63,571 nucleotides of DNA, filler included, from Octopus bimaculoides (GCF_001194135.2; 5 parts of 4 records of this genome joined end to end with filler, not necessarily neighbours in it), one strand, 5' to 3'; shown: positions 40,426 through 53,919, numbered from the whole stretch's first letter. Notes: generated by a model not told the origin, from the sequence alone. Numbers and translations are program-made.

Positions 40426-41924
40426 TTAGTAGTCAAATGCAGAGGATTGTGTTACTTATTTTCAGTAATAAAGGTATGTTTATATAATTGTGACATGTGT
40501 ACCATTCAAAAAGTTGTAATGGGTCACATGTGGGTCGTGTGCCACCGGTTGCCCATGATTGTTTTTAGAGTTTGAAACCAGCTTTCACCAGTGTCATTTT
40601 GATTTGTCTTTTTTTAGTTGATCTTCTGGACAAAGTTTTTAGAGAGTTATTAATTTTTGCTGTAAGTAAAGTTTATTTTATGCACTGCAAGTCTGTGTTC
40701 ACTATCTCACATATGTATATATATGTGTGTGTGTGTGTTGTTCACCATTTGGTGGTTGTTTCAGTGTTGTTTGTTTAGCACATTGTTCTTAGTAGTTTGA
40801 CTACAATTAGCATATAGTTTTTTAGGTGTTGTCTGTATTCTATTCAAAAGTTTATCTCTTATGAAAAAAAAAAGAAAAATTCTCAAAACACTGCATGGTA
40901 GAAATGGATACCAAAGTATTACCCTTTCTCTGTAATTCTGGGTATTATATCCTCGATTTTAGATATTTTATTGAAAAAGATAAAAAACGAATGATACTAT
41001 TCTCTATATGCAAAACATGTTATAATTTACTATTGGTTGTTTAATAAATTTGTCCAGTCACATCTTCATTTGCTGTTATCCTAATAACTGACTTATAATT
41101 GTATTTTGTTAATTTGAAATAGCTTAATATACTTTCCTTGTAATATCTACCAGAAATCTATGAAGACTATAGCTTTTTCATTTTCTTTTCTCTGAGTCCA
41201 CTCATGCAGTAGGACAGGGAACCATGTGGTTTCAAACAGTGAAATATTGCATCACCAAATAAGGCACTTTACGTACTTCAGTCCTCAAATGAGATCTCAA
41301 AATCATTGTGAGAGGCAGTAGCTGAGTGACTCAGGCACTGAACTCAAGGCAGCCCGCTCAAGGTCTCATGCCCAATAAATTCCATTTCAATGTTTGTAGG
41401 AGCTTTGATATTTTGCTGTTAAACTTAAATATTTTTTTTGTTATATTTCACCTTATAATTCCTAAATTATAAATATGCTTTAAAAAACAGGTTTCAACTT
41501 TTTCAGCTTATTTGATATTAAGAAGTATATAAAGCAATTAAATATTTTTGCTCACACTGAAGTATATAAAGCAATTAAATATTTTTGCTCACACTCACAG
41601 ACACACACAAACATACATACACATCATCATTATCAACATTGTTATACATCCACTTTTTCATGCTGTCAGTGGTCAGATGAGACTTATGTGACTAGTTTTC
41701 TGTATTTGTAAGCCCTTCTTGTCATCAACTCTCAGTTGTTTCCAAGTAAGTTACTATTTCTGCCCTGGTCCTTCAAAAACAACTAGTTCAAAAAGTGGTC
41801 ATGTTTTCGCAATAAACATAAACAAGGACATTGTTTATGTCATGGCAAGATGGGTCAGACATAGATAATAACACTGTCTACACAGCACACAATTGGAAAA
41901 CACAACCACACACAAATATATATG

Positions 41925-41965
<41 letters not shown>

Positions 41966-44900
41966 AGGCAGGCACCATGAATGAGCATGGTTTGACAATA
42001 TGTGTGAGCATGTGTGCAGTAGTATCTCTTTGTTTTGGTGTCATGCAATAAATGTAAATGAGTGTGACCACCAAACAGTGTCATCCATTTCTAATCTACT
42101 GTGAAAATATGTCTGACAATGGTCTAGTGTTGAAAAACCACAGAGTAACGTCATTTGTAGAAAAGGTTAGAAAGGTAAAGGAAGACAATGTACTTGTGCC
42201 ACATAAAAAGCAATCATGCCAGCACCACATAAAAGCACCCAATACACATTATAAAATGGTTGGCGTTAGGAAAGGCATCCAGCCATAGAAACCAAACCAA
42301 ATTAAACTAGAACCAGGTGCAGCTCTCCTGCTTGCCAGCACTGGTCAAACCATCCATTTTATGCCTGCATTGAAAACAGATGTTAAAGGATGATGATGTT
42401 GAATGAGAAAATACTTCCTTACTTGGAAGTAGGTGAGGGTTGGCAAACATGAAGGGCATCTGGCCATAAAAAATCTGCCCCAATACATTTCTCTCTGATG
42501 CATGCTCACATGGAATAGTAGATGTTAAAACAATGAGGGTAATGATAATGTTGATGTAAACTGTATTAGTTACAATGTTCGCATTCACTCTACAAACTTT
42601 TTACAAACTTTTGATGAGAATAAAGCTAATTTTCTGTAGATGGGGTTTAATGTATAGTGTAGTGTCAGATTCCTGAAAGTAGTCAGTAAACTGAAGCACA
42701 TCCACCTAGGTAACATGTAATAAATCTTATGTTGTCACCGTACCTCCCATTCACTTGATGCTACAGAAACTAAAGATAAGCATTAACCTCCCCGCAATCA
42801 TTGTACCTCAGCAGAACATAAAGATTTCATATGTTTAACAATGCACACATATGCACCTGCATATGGTTTGGAACTTTATAGTAATATCATAATGTACGTG
42901 TATGAAAAAAAAAAAAAAAATTACAAACTCTTGAAAATATTATGAGAGCTCTTTGCAAAATATCAAACTGACGTAGAATCATGAATAAATCAACTGCCTC
43001 CTTCTCTTTCACTCTCTCTCTCTCACACACACACTCACACATACACATTCTCTGATTGTTTCTCTCCTCTTTCACAGTTAAGTAGGCAACTATTCCATCT
43101 TTATGTAAATGCCCAAATTTACAACAAAAATACCATATCTATGCTAGCATTGAGAAATAGATATGAAATAGAAAAATATGTATGTGCACACTTTTGTATA
43201 CTGCTATTGTAGTATCCTACACTTATAATTTGATCCCCAGACATGTCAATATCTAAACCATATGTCAGTTAACCAGATAATTCAGCACCTTAACTCCTGT
43301 ACTCACCCATAGCATTTATTCACATATATAGTAATTTTTTTCTAGTATACTCCATTACCATCAGGATATTCTCTTAATTAACTCTTAACTTCCTGTGCAA
43401 CACAGGAGTATATCAGTCAGCCAATCCTGAATTGCACATCACAAGAATCATACAAAGCTTGTTTACATTTATCTTGAATGAATTAGAGAACTCTCTAATA
43501 TATGGGAGAAGCTCTCATCCATTTATTAGTCATCTCTGTTTTGTATTTGAATCATTACTGGACTGGACTTTCACCTAGAAAATTTACAGCAGGATGTAAA
43601 GAGTGAACAGCCTAGATAATTTTAAATAATTTTGATTTTTACCTAGGTCTAGATACTGACTTCAATATATTCACTTGCCCTCCACAATCAGGCTAATTAA
43701 TTAATGGGGGTGGGAGTAATGTTTTCTGAAGTGCATGATTTTTTTTTTCCATTCTCTTACTGTAACTTCAACCAAGTTTAATTCCATCTGTTTATGTTAT
43801 TTGTCAGTTAATTTGATCTTAAGTTACCAGTCCTATGGCATTTAGTATATTACATATCAGGTACATTTACTGGAGTTCATTCTGTGGCAAGCATCTAAAA
43901 TAGGAACCAATAACAACAACCACAATGATTTCCCTCCCTGCAGATGTTCTGAGAAGTTTGTAAAGGTCATAGGTTTAAAACTTCTTGTGATTAACTTGAA
44001 AAGAATAAATAAATAAAAAAGCTTATATTTTCAAATTTTACAAGTATTTAATATTTATTGCTAATATAAGCACTGCACTGGGTCAGAAATTTTAGGTGTT
44101 AGCAATTAGACAGATTCCAGTTCTTGACGGCTTTGTTTCTGTAACTGACACTGGAAGGAAAAACGGCAAAAGCAATTCCAACAAGATTTTCGAACTCAAA
44201 ATGCAAAAAGTTGTGACTAAAAAATGGCAAGGAACCAATATTAATTAAAGCAATGCAGTAATAGACAACATTCTGTCTAATTTTTTTTATTTATTTTTTT
44301 GCTGTGGGTGTGTGGAGAAATTTAGATTGTGTGCAAATTTCATCTTTTCAAAGAATGTGCATGTCCATGTGAATAACCTTTATTCCTTTACTTGTTTTAG
44401 TCATTTGACTGTGGCCATGCTGGAGCACCACCTTTTAGTCGAACAAATTGACCCCAGGACTTAATTTTTTGTAAGCCTAGTACTTTTTCTATTGGTCTCT
44501 TTTGCTGGAATTGCTAAGTTACAGGGATGTAAACACACCACCGTCATCAAGTGATGATGGGGTGGGGGGGACAAACACAGACACACAAATATGTACGTAT
44601 ATATAATAAATATATATATATATATATATGACAAGCTTCTTTCAATCTATTCATAAGGTCTTGGTTGTCCCGAGGCTACAGTAGAAGACACTTGCCTAAG
44701 GTGCCACGTAGTGGGACTGAACCTGGGACCATGTGGTTAGGAAGTGAGCTTCTTACCACTCCTGCACGTTTGCTCAGATTTCTTCAATTAAAAAATCTGG
44801 TTTTGTCTTGAAGACCTTTGGGTGCCCATTTATCCTTTCCTAGTTGTAAAATGTGTTGATGCACTGGAACGTTGTACAAAATGGTTTGCAGTATTTAGCT

Positions 44901-47234
44901 CAGGATCTTTATGCTCCGAGTTCAAATCCCATCAAGGTCAACTTTGCTTTCTACCTTTCTGGAGGTCAGTAAAATAAAGTACCAATTGAGGTCTTGTAAT
45001 TTATGTTAGAAATCAATACTAATTACATCCAAGTTTAAGTGTTTAACTGAATTCACTGAGAAAGCAATGTTTTGGCCCACTCATGTTCATGATTGATATA
45101 GGGCTAAGGTTCTATGATTTGTAATAAATTACAGAATATCTTTTGAGTTCTGGATATTCATGTAGTTTATACAATAATAATTCAAGACATTTATGAACAA
45201 ACCTTGTGTGTGCGTAATGCATGCAAGAGTGTGTGTGTGCTGTCTTGTCTTAAAACCAGTATGATAATGATGATGTGTTGGTGTGTGCTTGGAATTCAGT
45301 CCCATTGTGCAACATATTGGGCAAAAGTACCTTCTAAGTGGATTCAGTAGATAGAAACTGGAAGAAGCTCATTGTGTGTGTGTGTGTGCATGTGCTGCCT
45401 TGTCTTAAAACCAATATGATGATGATGTGTCTGTGTGTGACTATGTATTTACATGTGTACATTTGTGTGAACATATGCAAGCATACATATGTACCTACAT
45501 ACACACACACATATATACTGTATTTCCTTAAATACAGTGCAATCTCAGATATGATAATGTAACTTCCAGTATTTTTATACCTAAAAATCAGTCATGGTAT
45601 TTTTATCTTTGCACTTGACTAATGGTAATCCCCAAATATAGTTGCCGAGTTTTGTTATAAATTTCTTCCATTCGTCACAAGTGTGTTTCCATGCAAACTT
45701 ATGTATGCTCATATATACCTTTCTACGTGTGTGTGTGTATGTGTGTGAAAAGTATAGCAGAAAACATCACATATTTTACATGGCTCTTGGTGTGGTGCCA
45801 GTGCAGTTTGGCCAGTGATGACAGTGTCTTCAGGTAGCTAATATTTTACCTTTTTTCTCCCACTTACCATCATAGTTTTAACTGGTGTACACCACATCTT
45901 AGCTTTTGAAGCTTTTGTCAACTTCTAAAATGTGGATTTTTTTTTTTTTTTTTGCTGTGCCTTCTAAATACACACATATATGTATGTACATATATATATA
46001 TATGTATATATGCACACAAGCTCAAGCATTCATGTATACAAGCTAATCAGCATGCACTCTAATACACTTGAGATTCTGGACTAAGAAAATATAAATCCCC
46101 CATTGGCAACTTCTACATATATACAGAATAACAATTGAATTTAGGGAGGCAAAAAGGAGATTGCAAGCTTTTGAGTGCTGCATTAATCATATTACTCGGG
46201 TAACATCTTCTAAACAACAGTGATAAGAAATGAGTACATCACAAAGGTTAGAAGCATTATTATTATTATTATTTTGAACATTCCAAAGTAAAGTGATGCT
46301 GCCTGTTGTCATTTGACATCTTCTCTTCAATGCTCACTGCAGCTTGTTTCTGATGCCAATATCAACATTTGATAAAATAATCATCACAACCTAATATGTT
46401 GAAAGGGCTTCTGCTTTTACATATCACATCGCAGGACATTCAGTCAGTTGAGGAAATATGCTATTTTAGTTTGGTATACTGTTATAAATTTCTTCTATGA
46501 TTTCAAGTTTCTTATATTTGATATTCTGTAGAGATTTGTTTACAGTTTTCCATCTATGGATGTTTAATTCCTATGGCCAAAGGGAGACTGATTTCAAAGT
46601 GCAAACCCAGTTGCAACTCACTCTCTCTCTGAAACTCTGCCTCTCTAACACTCTCAGTCTATAGCTGTGCCTCCCTATCTCTCTCAGTTTATAGTTCTGC
46701 CTCTCTGTCACTTTTTGTTTTGCTCTGACTCTATCATGCTCAGCTTTGCTTTTCCAGCTTTATCTTTCCTTCTCTCAGACATTCTTTCTCTCTCTCCTTC
46801 GATTGTTTTGATTTTAACCCTATCCTTAATAGATTATAATAAAATACACTGATTATATATATTTTTAATTAATTTTTGAAAGTAACTATGAATTCTTAAG
46901 GAATTTAATATGGTAACTAATATGGTAAACAATTTTATTATGTTCTACATTCAAATTCTATCAATTTTGTCTTTCATCTTTTCAGTGTCGATATAAGGAA
47001 CCAGTTGAGCACTGGGACCTATGTAGTCAACTTACCTCCTCCCCATAAAATTGTTGACCTTATGCCAAAATTTAAAACCATCATCATCATTATTATTATT
47101 ATTTATCTTCAATCAACATTTCAACATCCATATTCTTATGCTTGCATGGGAATATGGATGTTGAAACTTCCTACCACACAGCCATGTCTGTGGCTATTAT
47201 TATTATCATATGTGTGTGTGTGTGTGTATATATA

Positions 47235-47442
47235 TCATCATCATCATCATCATCATCGTTTAACGTCCGCTTTCCATGCTAGCATGGGTTGGACGATTTG
47301 ACTGAGGACTGGTGAAACCGGATGGCAACACCAGGCTCCAATCTAATTTGGCAGAGTTTCTACAGCTGGATGCCCTTCCTAACGCCAACCACTCAGAGAG
47401 TGTAGTGGGTGCTTTTACGTGTCACCCGCACGAAAACGGCCA
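47235..47442 (-). mobile_element. SINE-like family E with (GAT)n tail
   Basis: (CAT)n CGTTTAACGTCCGCTTTCCATGCTAGCATGGG; related copies at about 17090-17345, 37145-37292 and 42255-42400 (+). Confidence 0.75.
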
Positions 47443-47542
47443 NNNNNNNNNNNNNNNNNNNNNNNNNNNNNNNNNNNNNNNNNNNNTTAATTAATTAANN
47501 NNNNNNNNNNNNNNNNNNNNNNNNNNNNNNNNNNNNNNNNNN
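47443..47542. other. Artificial assembly spacer
   Basis: 44 N + TTAATTAATTAA (47487-47498) + 44 N. Confidence 0.95.
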
Positions 47543-48000
47543 ACAACCACCACTACCACAACCACCACTACTACAATCACCAACACCACAACCACCACTA
47601 CCACAACCACCACTACTACAATCACCAACACCACAACCACCACTACCACCAACACCACAACCACCAACACCACAACCACCAACGCTAACACTACAACCAT
47701 AACCACCACAGCAATGTAATTACTCCCACCACCGCCACTCCCAATACCACTAACCCCACCGATACAACCACCACTGCAATCAACATCGCTACCACTACCA
47801 ACAGCACCATAACCATCAATACCATTCTCGATACATTCACTACCACCGTAAGGATTATCAATACCACCGCCACCAATAACACTACTACTCCTAACAACAG
47901 CAACAATATAATCACCACCACAACTACTACTAATATAATCACTACCACTACCTCCGTCAACAGCAACAAAAGCAACAATGATAACAACAACAACACCAAA
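47543..48000. repeat. Degenerate (ACC/ACT/ACA)n trinucleotide tract
   Basis: Directly visible; gives the poly-Val ORFs. Confidence 0.9.
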
Positions 48001-48566
48001 AAAGTAATAAAGAAATAAAATATCTTTCTGAAAGCTTGAGTGAACATCGCCATATCAGACAAGTGTTGTTTATAAATTTTTGTATTTATATTTTTTGTGA
48101 AGGAATTTTTTTTTTCGTTTTCTTTTTCTAAAATGTAAACAGACGAACGAAAGCTTCAACTATTTATGTTTTATATCGAAGTTCACCTATTGCACATCGA
48201 TGCACATTAAGAATGTAATTTCATTTTTAGTGATATTAAAATAATTAAGGAGGCAATGCTTCTAAAGTTCTTTAAACTAGTCATTTTTAGGGTAAAGGCC
48301 AAATACTGAGAGTTGCAAGCCAAGAAATTGTCTCCCTTCTTTTACATAGCTTTTTTATTTTATTCTATTTCATTTTATTTTATTTTATCCTTTATATTTG
48401 GCTGATAGACAGACAAGATAGCGGAATTCCTAAAAGGTTTAGAATATTTTCGTGCGTTTCCTACCAAGTGTACGGATTATTATTTTAAACACGTTGCTAC
48501 TTGGGAAATAGAATATTCTCAACTGTCATCCGAACGGTTGTTCTCCTGTACCCTGTCACCATAACC

Positions 48567-48786
48567 TCAGTCCTTTAGCATTCAGATTTTTTTTGTCAAA
48601 TGTAATGCTTATGTATTGACATTATTTTGACTTAATCAAGCATTATCTTGTTATTTCAAGGATGTGATTGTTAATTTATAGAATGACATTGTAAGGTAAG
48701 TGTAAGAGGTTGGATCTAGTCGGTTTCAATATAAACAAGTAGAACATTTAGGCATGATGTGGCCAGTTTAAATACTAAAAGGTTAA
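48567..48786 (-). mobile_element. TTAA MITE family 2
   Basis: CCTTTAGCATTCAGATT...TACTAAAAGGTTAA, reverse complement of 38118-38338. Confidence 0.65.
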
Positions 48787-50322
48787 CGAAATCATGGGCA
48801 AACTGCGGCAAGCAGGACATTTTGAGTAGCACGCTAACAAAAAACTACTTGTATTTTTTTTTAGTAGTACAACCCACCTGATGTTAAGCCATGTCACATG
48901 TGGTCCGCTTCTCGAAAATGGTTGCTCGTATCTGCTTTAATGTATTCGCGATCAAGTAGGACATCAAAATATTCTTTCTCATTTCGGCACAAGACCAGCA
49001 ATTTTAGCGGGAGCATGTAAGTCGATTACATCGACCCTAGTACTTGATTATTATCGACTCCGAAAGGATAACAGCGAAGTTGACGATCTAAGCGGTATTT
49101 GAACTCGAAATGTAAACGGAAAGCCGTTAAGCAGCCAAAACTTACTCTAAACCATTTAAAAAAAAACAAACTAAAAACAAAAGTATTATATCAAGGTTCA
49201 AGAATGAATGTGTGGGAAGAAGTTTACTGCCTAACCACGTGGTTTTGAGTTCAGTCCCACTGCGTGGCACATGGACAAGTGTATTCAGCTATAGTTCCAG
49301 GACGACCAAGACCTTGTGAGTGACAGACGAAAACTGAAATCTTGTATGTGCGCATGTGTGTTTTTATGTCTATCCCCACACCGTTTTACAATTTTTGTTG
49401 GTTTGTTTACGTCCCCGTAATTTACGGTTCAACATAAGATACCGATAGAAATAAGAGACTTTAAAACATAAGAACTAAGGTTGATTTGTTTGACTAAAAC
49501 CTTTCAGGGCGGTACCCCAGTATGGCCGCAGTCCAGTGACTGAAACAAACGAAAGAGAAAGAATATCTAAGACCGAACAACGAGTTTCGTATAAAATTTG
49601 ATGGACATTGGTTGGAATCGTAAGCACTTGACTACGGTGCGATCTCGTTACATCCTGTTTTACTCGACAAATTTTAATTTTCCCCAACTAATTATCTATA
49701 AAGACAATAATTAAATTCTGCGACCAATCACTGATTACAGTTTCGGATAGTTTCCTGCATTTTCTAAACAACTCAGCGATTATTCCACACACGTTGCTAT
49801 CTCTGCCATAATCTAGACTTTTAGCTAGTTTTCGCATAGAGAACACATTTTTAGTTGAACTCTTGTCACATCACACATTGTGAGTTCTTTTGTTCTCCGA
49901 AATTAATGATCCCATCGTATTAGGATTACGTATACACACGAGTACATTTATTCACACATGTACACACACAGTTAGTAATATATGCATGAGCACGTGTGTG
50001 TGTGATTGCGTATTGAAAGAATAACAACGGAATACTTAATGACGAGGATACTAAATACCAAATGTAGAGTCAAGTTAATAATTTTTGTTTTCACTTTGAT
50101 TTTAAAGTTTTGCCTGGTGACAACTTTGATTGAAAAATCGTAAGAGAAAAATAAAAGGTCCACTCAAAACAGATTTTTTGATATGTGTAGGTATCAAGCA
50201 TGTGCCATCCGTAATTACTCAGGGTAGATTGTTGGTGACATTTATGTAGAAAAACGCACAAAAAAAAAGCGAAACACTGGCGCGCGACTGAGTTGTAGAC
50301 AGATTTACTTCTGCCTTTATAG

Positions 50323-50408
50323 CACGTAAAGAATACGTTGTCATCGGAATGTACGCGGAACGTGTACTACAGCAGTATTATGGCTAGCTTAAATACTTGG
50401 ATTGAAAA
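50323..50408 (+). CDS. Candidate internal coding exon of an unidentified gene (HVKNTLSSECTRNVYYSSIMASLNTWIE)
   Basis: Acceptor TTTACTTCTGCCTTTATAG, donor AAA|GTAAGG; only one frame open; ends in phase 2. No homology recognised. Confidence 0.35.
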
Positions 50409-51209
50409 GTAAGGACGAATTATGCCTACCTAATCTATAAAAAAATAAAATATCTTGCATTTTATACATAGCAATCAGAGTAACCTTCATGATTTTATTG
50501 AATTAGTTGCATATTTTGTCAAAAGAGGAAAATATTGCAATCGATCTATTTTATCCAAGGTAAGCACTGCCTACCTTGCCTACCTAGACGGCACGTCCCT
50601 GGTAGGTATGTATATCAATTTGCAAAATTTAATTCATATAAATCCAGTTTCTACACCCTTCACTGATGTATAATATATATTTCACATACGCACAACAGAT
50701 TAGACTGTTTTCCTTTTAATATATTTACTACATTCCCCGTGCATGTTTACATATAGTGAGAGATGCGTGGCTTTGAATTGTTTTGACATGGTGATCTCAT
50801 ATCCATATACACAGCGCACCTTGCATCTTAGGCCCAGTTAGAATTCTCTTCAGATTGAGTAGCCCATCTCACTCAAAAGGTCCCTGAATAAGGTTTGTTT
50901 AAGGATGGTGAACAAAACACCCATGTTTCCAGAAGTGAGTTATTCAAATCCCAACGAATTTCTCTCAACACATGGCTATAATGCTCTCCCACTACTTCTG
51001 CTCGTGATCAGAGATGCACATATCGTCAGTCACTAAGGGACATGCTCAACTGGTTAAGGTCAAATAACTGACAAGCAAATCTGTGGTATTAAGCAGAATA
51101 TTTGCTGTAGCTCATATTTCATACCAAGAAAAAACAATGTACATAATAACACTTCCAATCAGTTAAGATCAAAAGCCATGAGAACCACTACCAAGTACTT
51201 CATCAGGGC

Positions 51210-51269
<60 letters not shown>

Positions 51270-51661
51270 CATTAGGGCAGTGNNNNNNNNNNNNNNNNNN
51301 NNNNNNNNNNNNNNNNNNNNNNNNNNNNNNNNNNNNNNNNNNNNNNNNNNNNNNNNNNNNNNNNNNNNNNNNNNNNNNNNNNNNNNNNNNNNNNNNNNNN
51401 NNNNNNNNNNNNNNNNNNNNNNNNNNNNNNNNNNNNNNNNNNNNNNNNNNNNNNNNNNNNNNNNNNNNNNNNNNNNNNNNNNNNNNNNNNNNNNNNNNNN
51501 NNNNNNNNNNNNNNNNNNNNNNNNNNNNNNNNNNNNNNNNNNNNNNNNNNNNNNNNNNNNNNNNNNNNNNNNNNNNNNNNNNNNNNNNNNNNNNNNNNNN
51601 NNNNNNNNNNNNNNNNNNNNNNNNNNNNNNNNNNNNNNNNNNNNNNNNNNNNNNNNNNNNN

Positions 51662-51696
<35 letters not shown>

Positions 51697-51700
51697 TATA

Positions 51701-52237
51701 TGCTGTGAAAATCAGAGTCAAAAGATCCTCTAAATAAAGTCGCCAATCATTGGGAATATAACAAGCACAACAGAAATTGAGCTACAAGCAAAGAAATTAA
51801 CCATCTCAGTAAAAGCCTTTAGAATGAGGAAATAGATATCTCTGTATCAATTCATTTCGAATTTTGAGACCCTACCACTCTTAATTCTCATCAGCAGATC
51901 TTAATATACGCAGGGTTAAAGCTTTGCTCGTTTCAGTGTGCTTCGTAGCCGTTGAAAAGCTAGCGCCATATTCAAAAACGGTGTCAATGTATAGAATTAC
52001 TAAATGAATAGATATTCGAAAATATTTATATAAATATTATTATTAATTGTTATCATTAGTAAAATGAATAATAACAACAATAATGTAAGTGGCCAGCGAG
52101 CAAAAGCCGATAAATGGCAAATCTAAAATTTTATAATTATAATAGGGCACACGAGATGCCAGCATTGCTGTGAAAATCAGAGTTGAAAAGTCCTCTAAAA
52201 AACACCAATCACTGGGAATGTAACAACCACAACAGAA
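51701..52237 (-). mobile_element. Hammerhead-carrying non-autonomous tandem element, unit about 465 bp
   Basis: Diverged direct repeat TGCTGTGAAAATCAGAGT...CACAACAGAA at 51701-51775 and 52166-52237 flanking the minus-strand hammerhead; no ORF. Confidence 0.6.
51841..51898 (-). ncRNA. Minimal type I hammerhead ribozyme motif
   Basis: Minus strand reads TCTG CTGATGA GAATT aa GAG tggtagggt CTC aa AATTC GAAA T gaattg A TA CAGA: stem I TCTG/CAGA, intact core, 5-bp stem II, cleavage triplet AUA. Confidence 0.8.
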
Positions 52238-53847
52238 GCAGAAATAGAAATTTTACTAATGATAATAATTAATAATAATATTTATATATATTCGAAGAAA
52301 TGTAGGGCCTCTACTGGTCAGGCGTGAAGAAGTGTCTGCATCTATATGTGCAGACCTGAGCAAGGATATATTCAAGAGAAGACTGGCGGTTGCCCATACA
52401 TGCAGGTCTCCCTTCTCCACAGCACCGACCTCATCCAAGAGAAGAGAAGCCGCTTTCGAGACCATAAAGTTTTGTCAGAGAGCTGCTGTCAGAATACAAA
52501 TGGCCAGAACAGATACTGTAAGGTATATATTCCGAGTCTCCGACAGTTGTGCCAATCAACCGCGACGGATAAATACTTTTTCTATCGATCCTGAAAGCAT
52601 AAAAAGCAAAGTTGGCCACAGCGGGATTTGAACTCAGAATGTAATGAGCTAAAACAAATAACGAGAGGCATTCTTTCCAAGCTCTAACGACACTACCAAT
52701 CTGCCGAAATCCATTCCTTCTACATAACGTCCACCATCTCAAGTTTACTTTCAGCCTTCAATTTGTCCCATACAAGTTAATTTGCAGATGTTCAAATTGA
52801 ACGACATCTATCGCACTTTCGTAAGTCATGGGCACTGGTTCTCCTTTCTGACTAAACCATTAACAAGAATTGCCATTTTACCGTTGTGATATACTTTATG
52901 GAACATGTGACTATACTGGGGCGTCTGTTGTTTCATTTCCAAACATAAACGCTAACCTCATTTACTTCACTAACTTCAGTGCAGCTTGTTTCCCCTTGAG
53001 TAAGCCAGAATAAAATAAGAGAAAGTGAGAGAGAGACAAATCAATACATGTGTGAGTTTGTATGGGTATATGTTTGCATTTGCGTGTATATATGTACTTG
53101 TATGTTTATATATGCAAACATATATTTGTGTGAGGTGGATGGTTATAACGATGACGTAAAAAGATATTTCCGAGACGTAAAAGAATAAAGTGAGGTGTGG
53201 GATGCCAGACTAGATATATTGAATGATATAACAGATTAAGAGATCAAGAGAGGGAAAGATGGAAGAAGAAAGAGAGAGAAAGAGCTGGGAATATAGAGAA
53301 AGAAGATGAGAGAAATAGAGAGAGAAGGATAGAGAGAAAAGAACGAGACAGATTGAAGCAAAAGGTAGGAGAGATAGAGAAAGCAAAAAATGGAAGAACT
53401 ATATACAGCAAGAGGTGCCAGAGATGGGAAGACAGGAAACGAGAGGGAGGTCGGAGTTAAAGGTTTGGCAGAAAGAGTAGATGATAGAAAAATAAGCATT
53501 ATAAATTAAAGTTAAGAATATGGAGAGATAATTAAAAAGAAAAAAAGTAGGGATAGAGAGGGGATAAAATGAAAGAGTTATTTAGAACGACTGTGAGAAA
53601 GTATAGGAAAGTATAAAATGATGTAATAAAAAAGAAATGCAGATTTTGGAAAAAGACGTTGAAGAATGGAAAGTAAAAAGTTGATGTAAATTTAATTATA
53701 ACTAGATTGTTGCCTGTTTGTTTTTATAGTTTTCGCCCTTGAATTGTTTCAGCCGATCATGTGTTTCGTCGTAACCGGATGCAGGTTAATTTGTCGTGGT
53801 TTAGCTCTCCAGGCATGTAGCCTCGTTTTTATCTCTTATTTCGCTAG

Positions 53848-53919
53848 AATGGTTGACTTCCGGACTATGGTTAGCGCGTGTTCAATGGACATATTTAGTG
53901 AATTAGAAAGATTACACAA
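53848..53919 (+). CDS. Candidate 72-bp symmetric (phase 2-2) coding exon (MVDFRTMVSACSMDIFSELERLH)
   Basis: Acceptor TTTTTATCTCTTATTTCGCTAG, donor CAA|GTGAGT; only one frame open; phase-compatible with 50323-50408. Confidence 0.4.

Noticed and set aside
41522-41595. Perfect 37-bp tandem duplication (also 21-bp at about 30592-30633)
   Set aside because: Ordinary slippage events.
47491-48062. Hydrophobic poly-Val/Leu ORFs resembling membrane proteins
   Set aside because: Translation of a trinucleotide low-complexity tract.
52788-52820. 33-bp AG...GTAAGT exon candidate
   Set aside because: Open only in phase 0 or 1, incompatible with the phase-2 exon pair; may be chance.
53230-53660. Purine-rich stretch with an 87-aa antisense ORF
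   Set aside because: Low-complexity GA tract with no domain signature.
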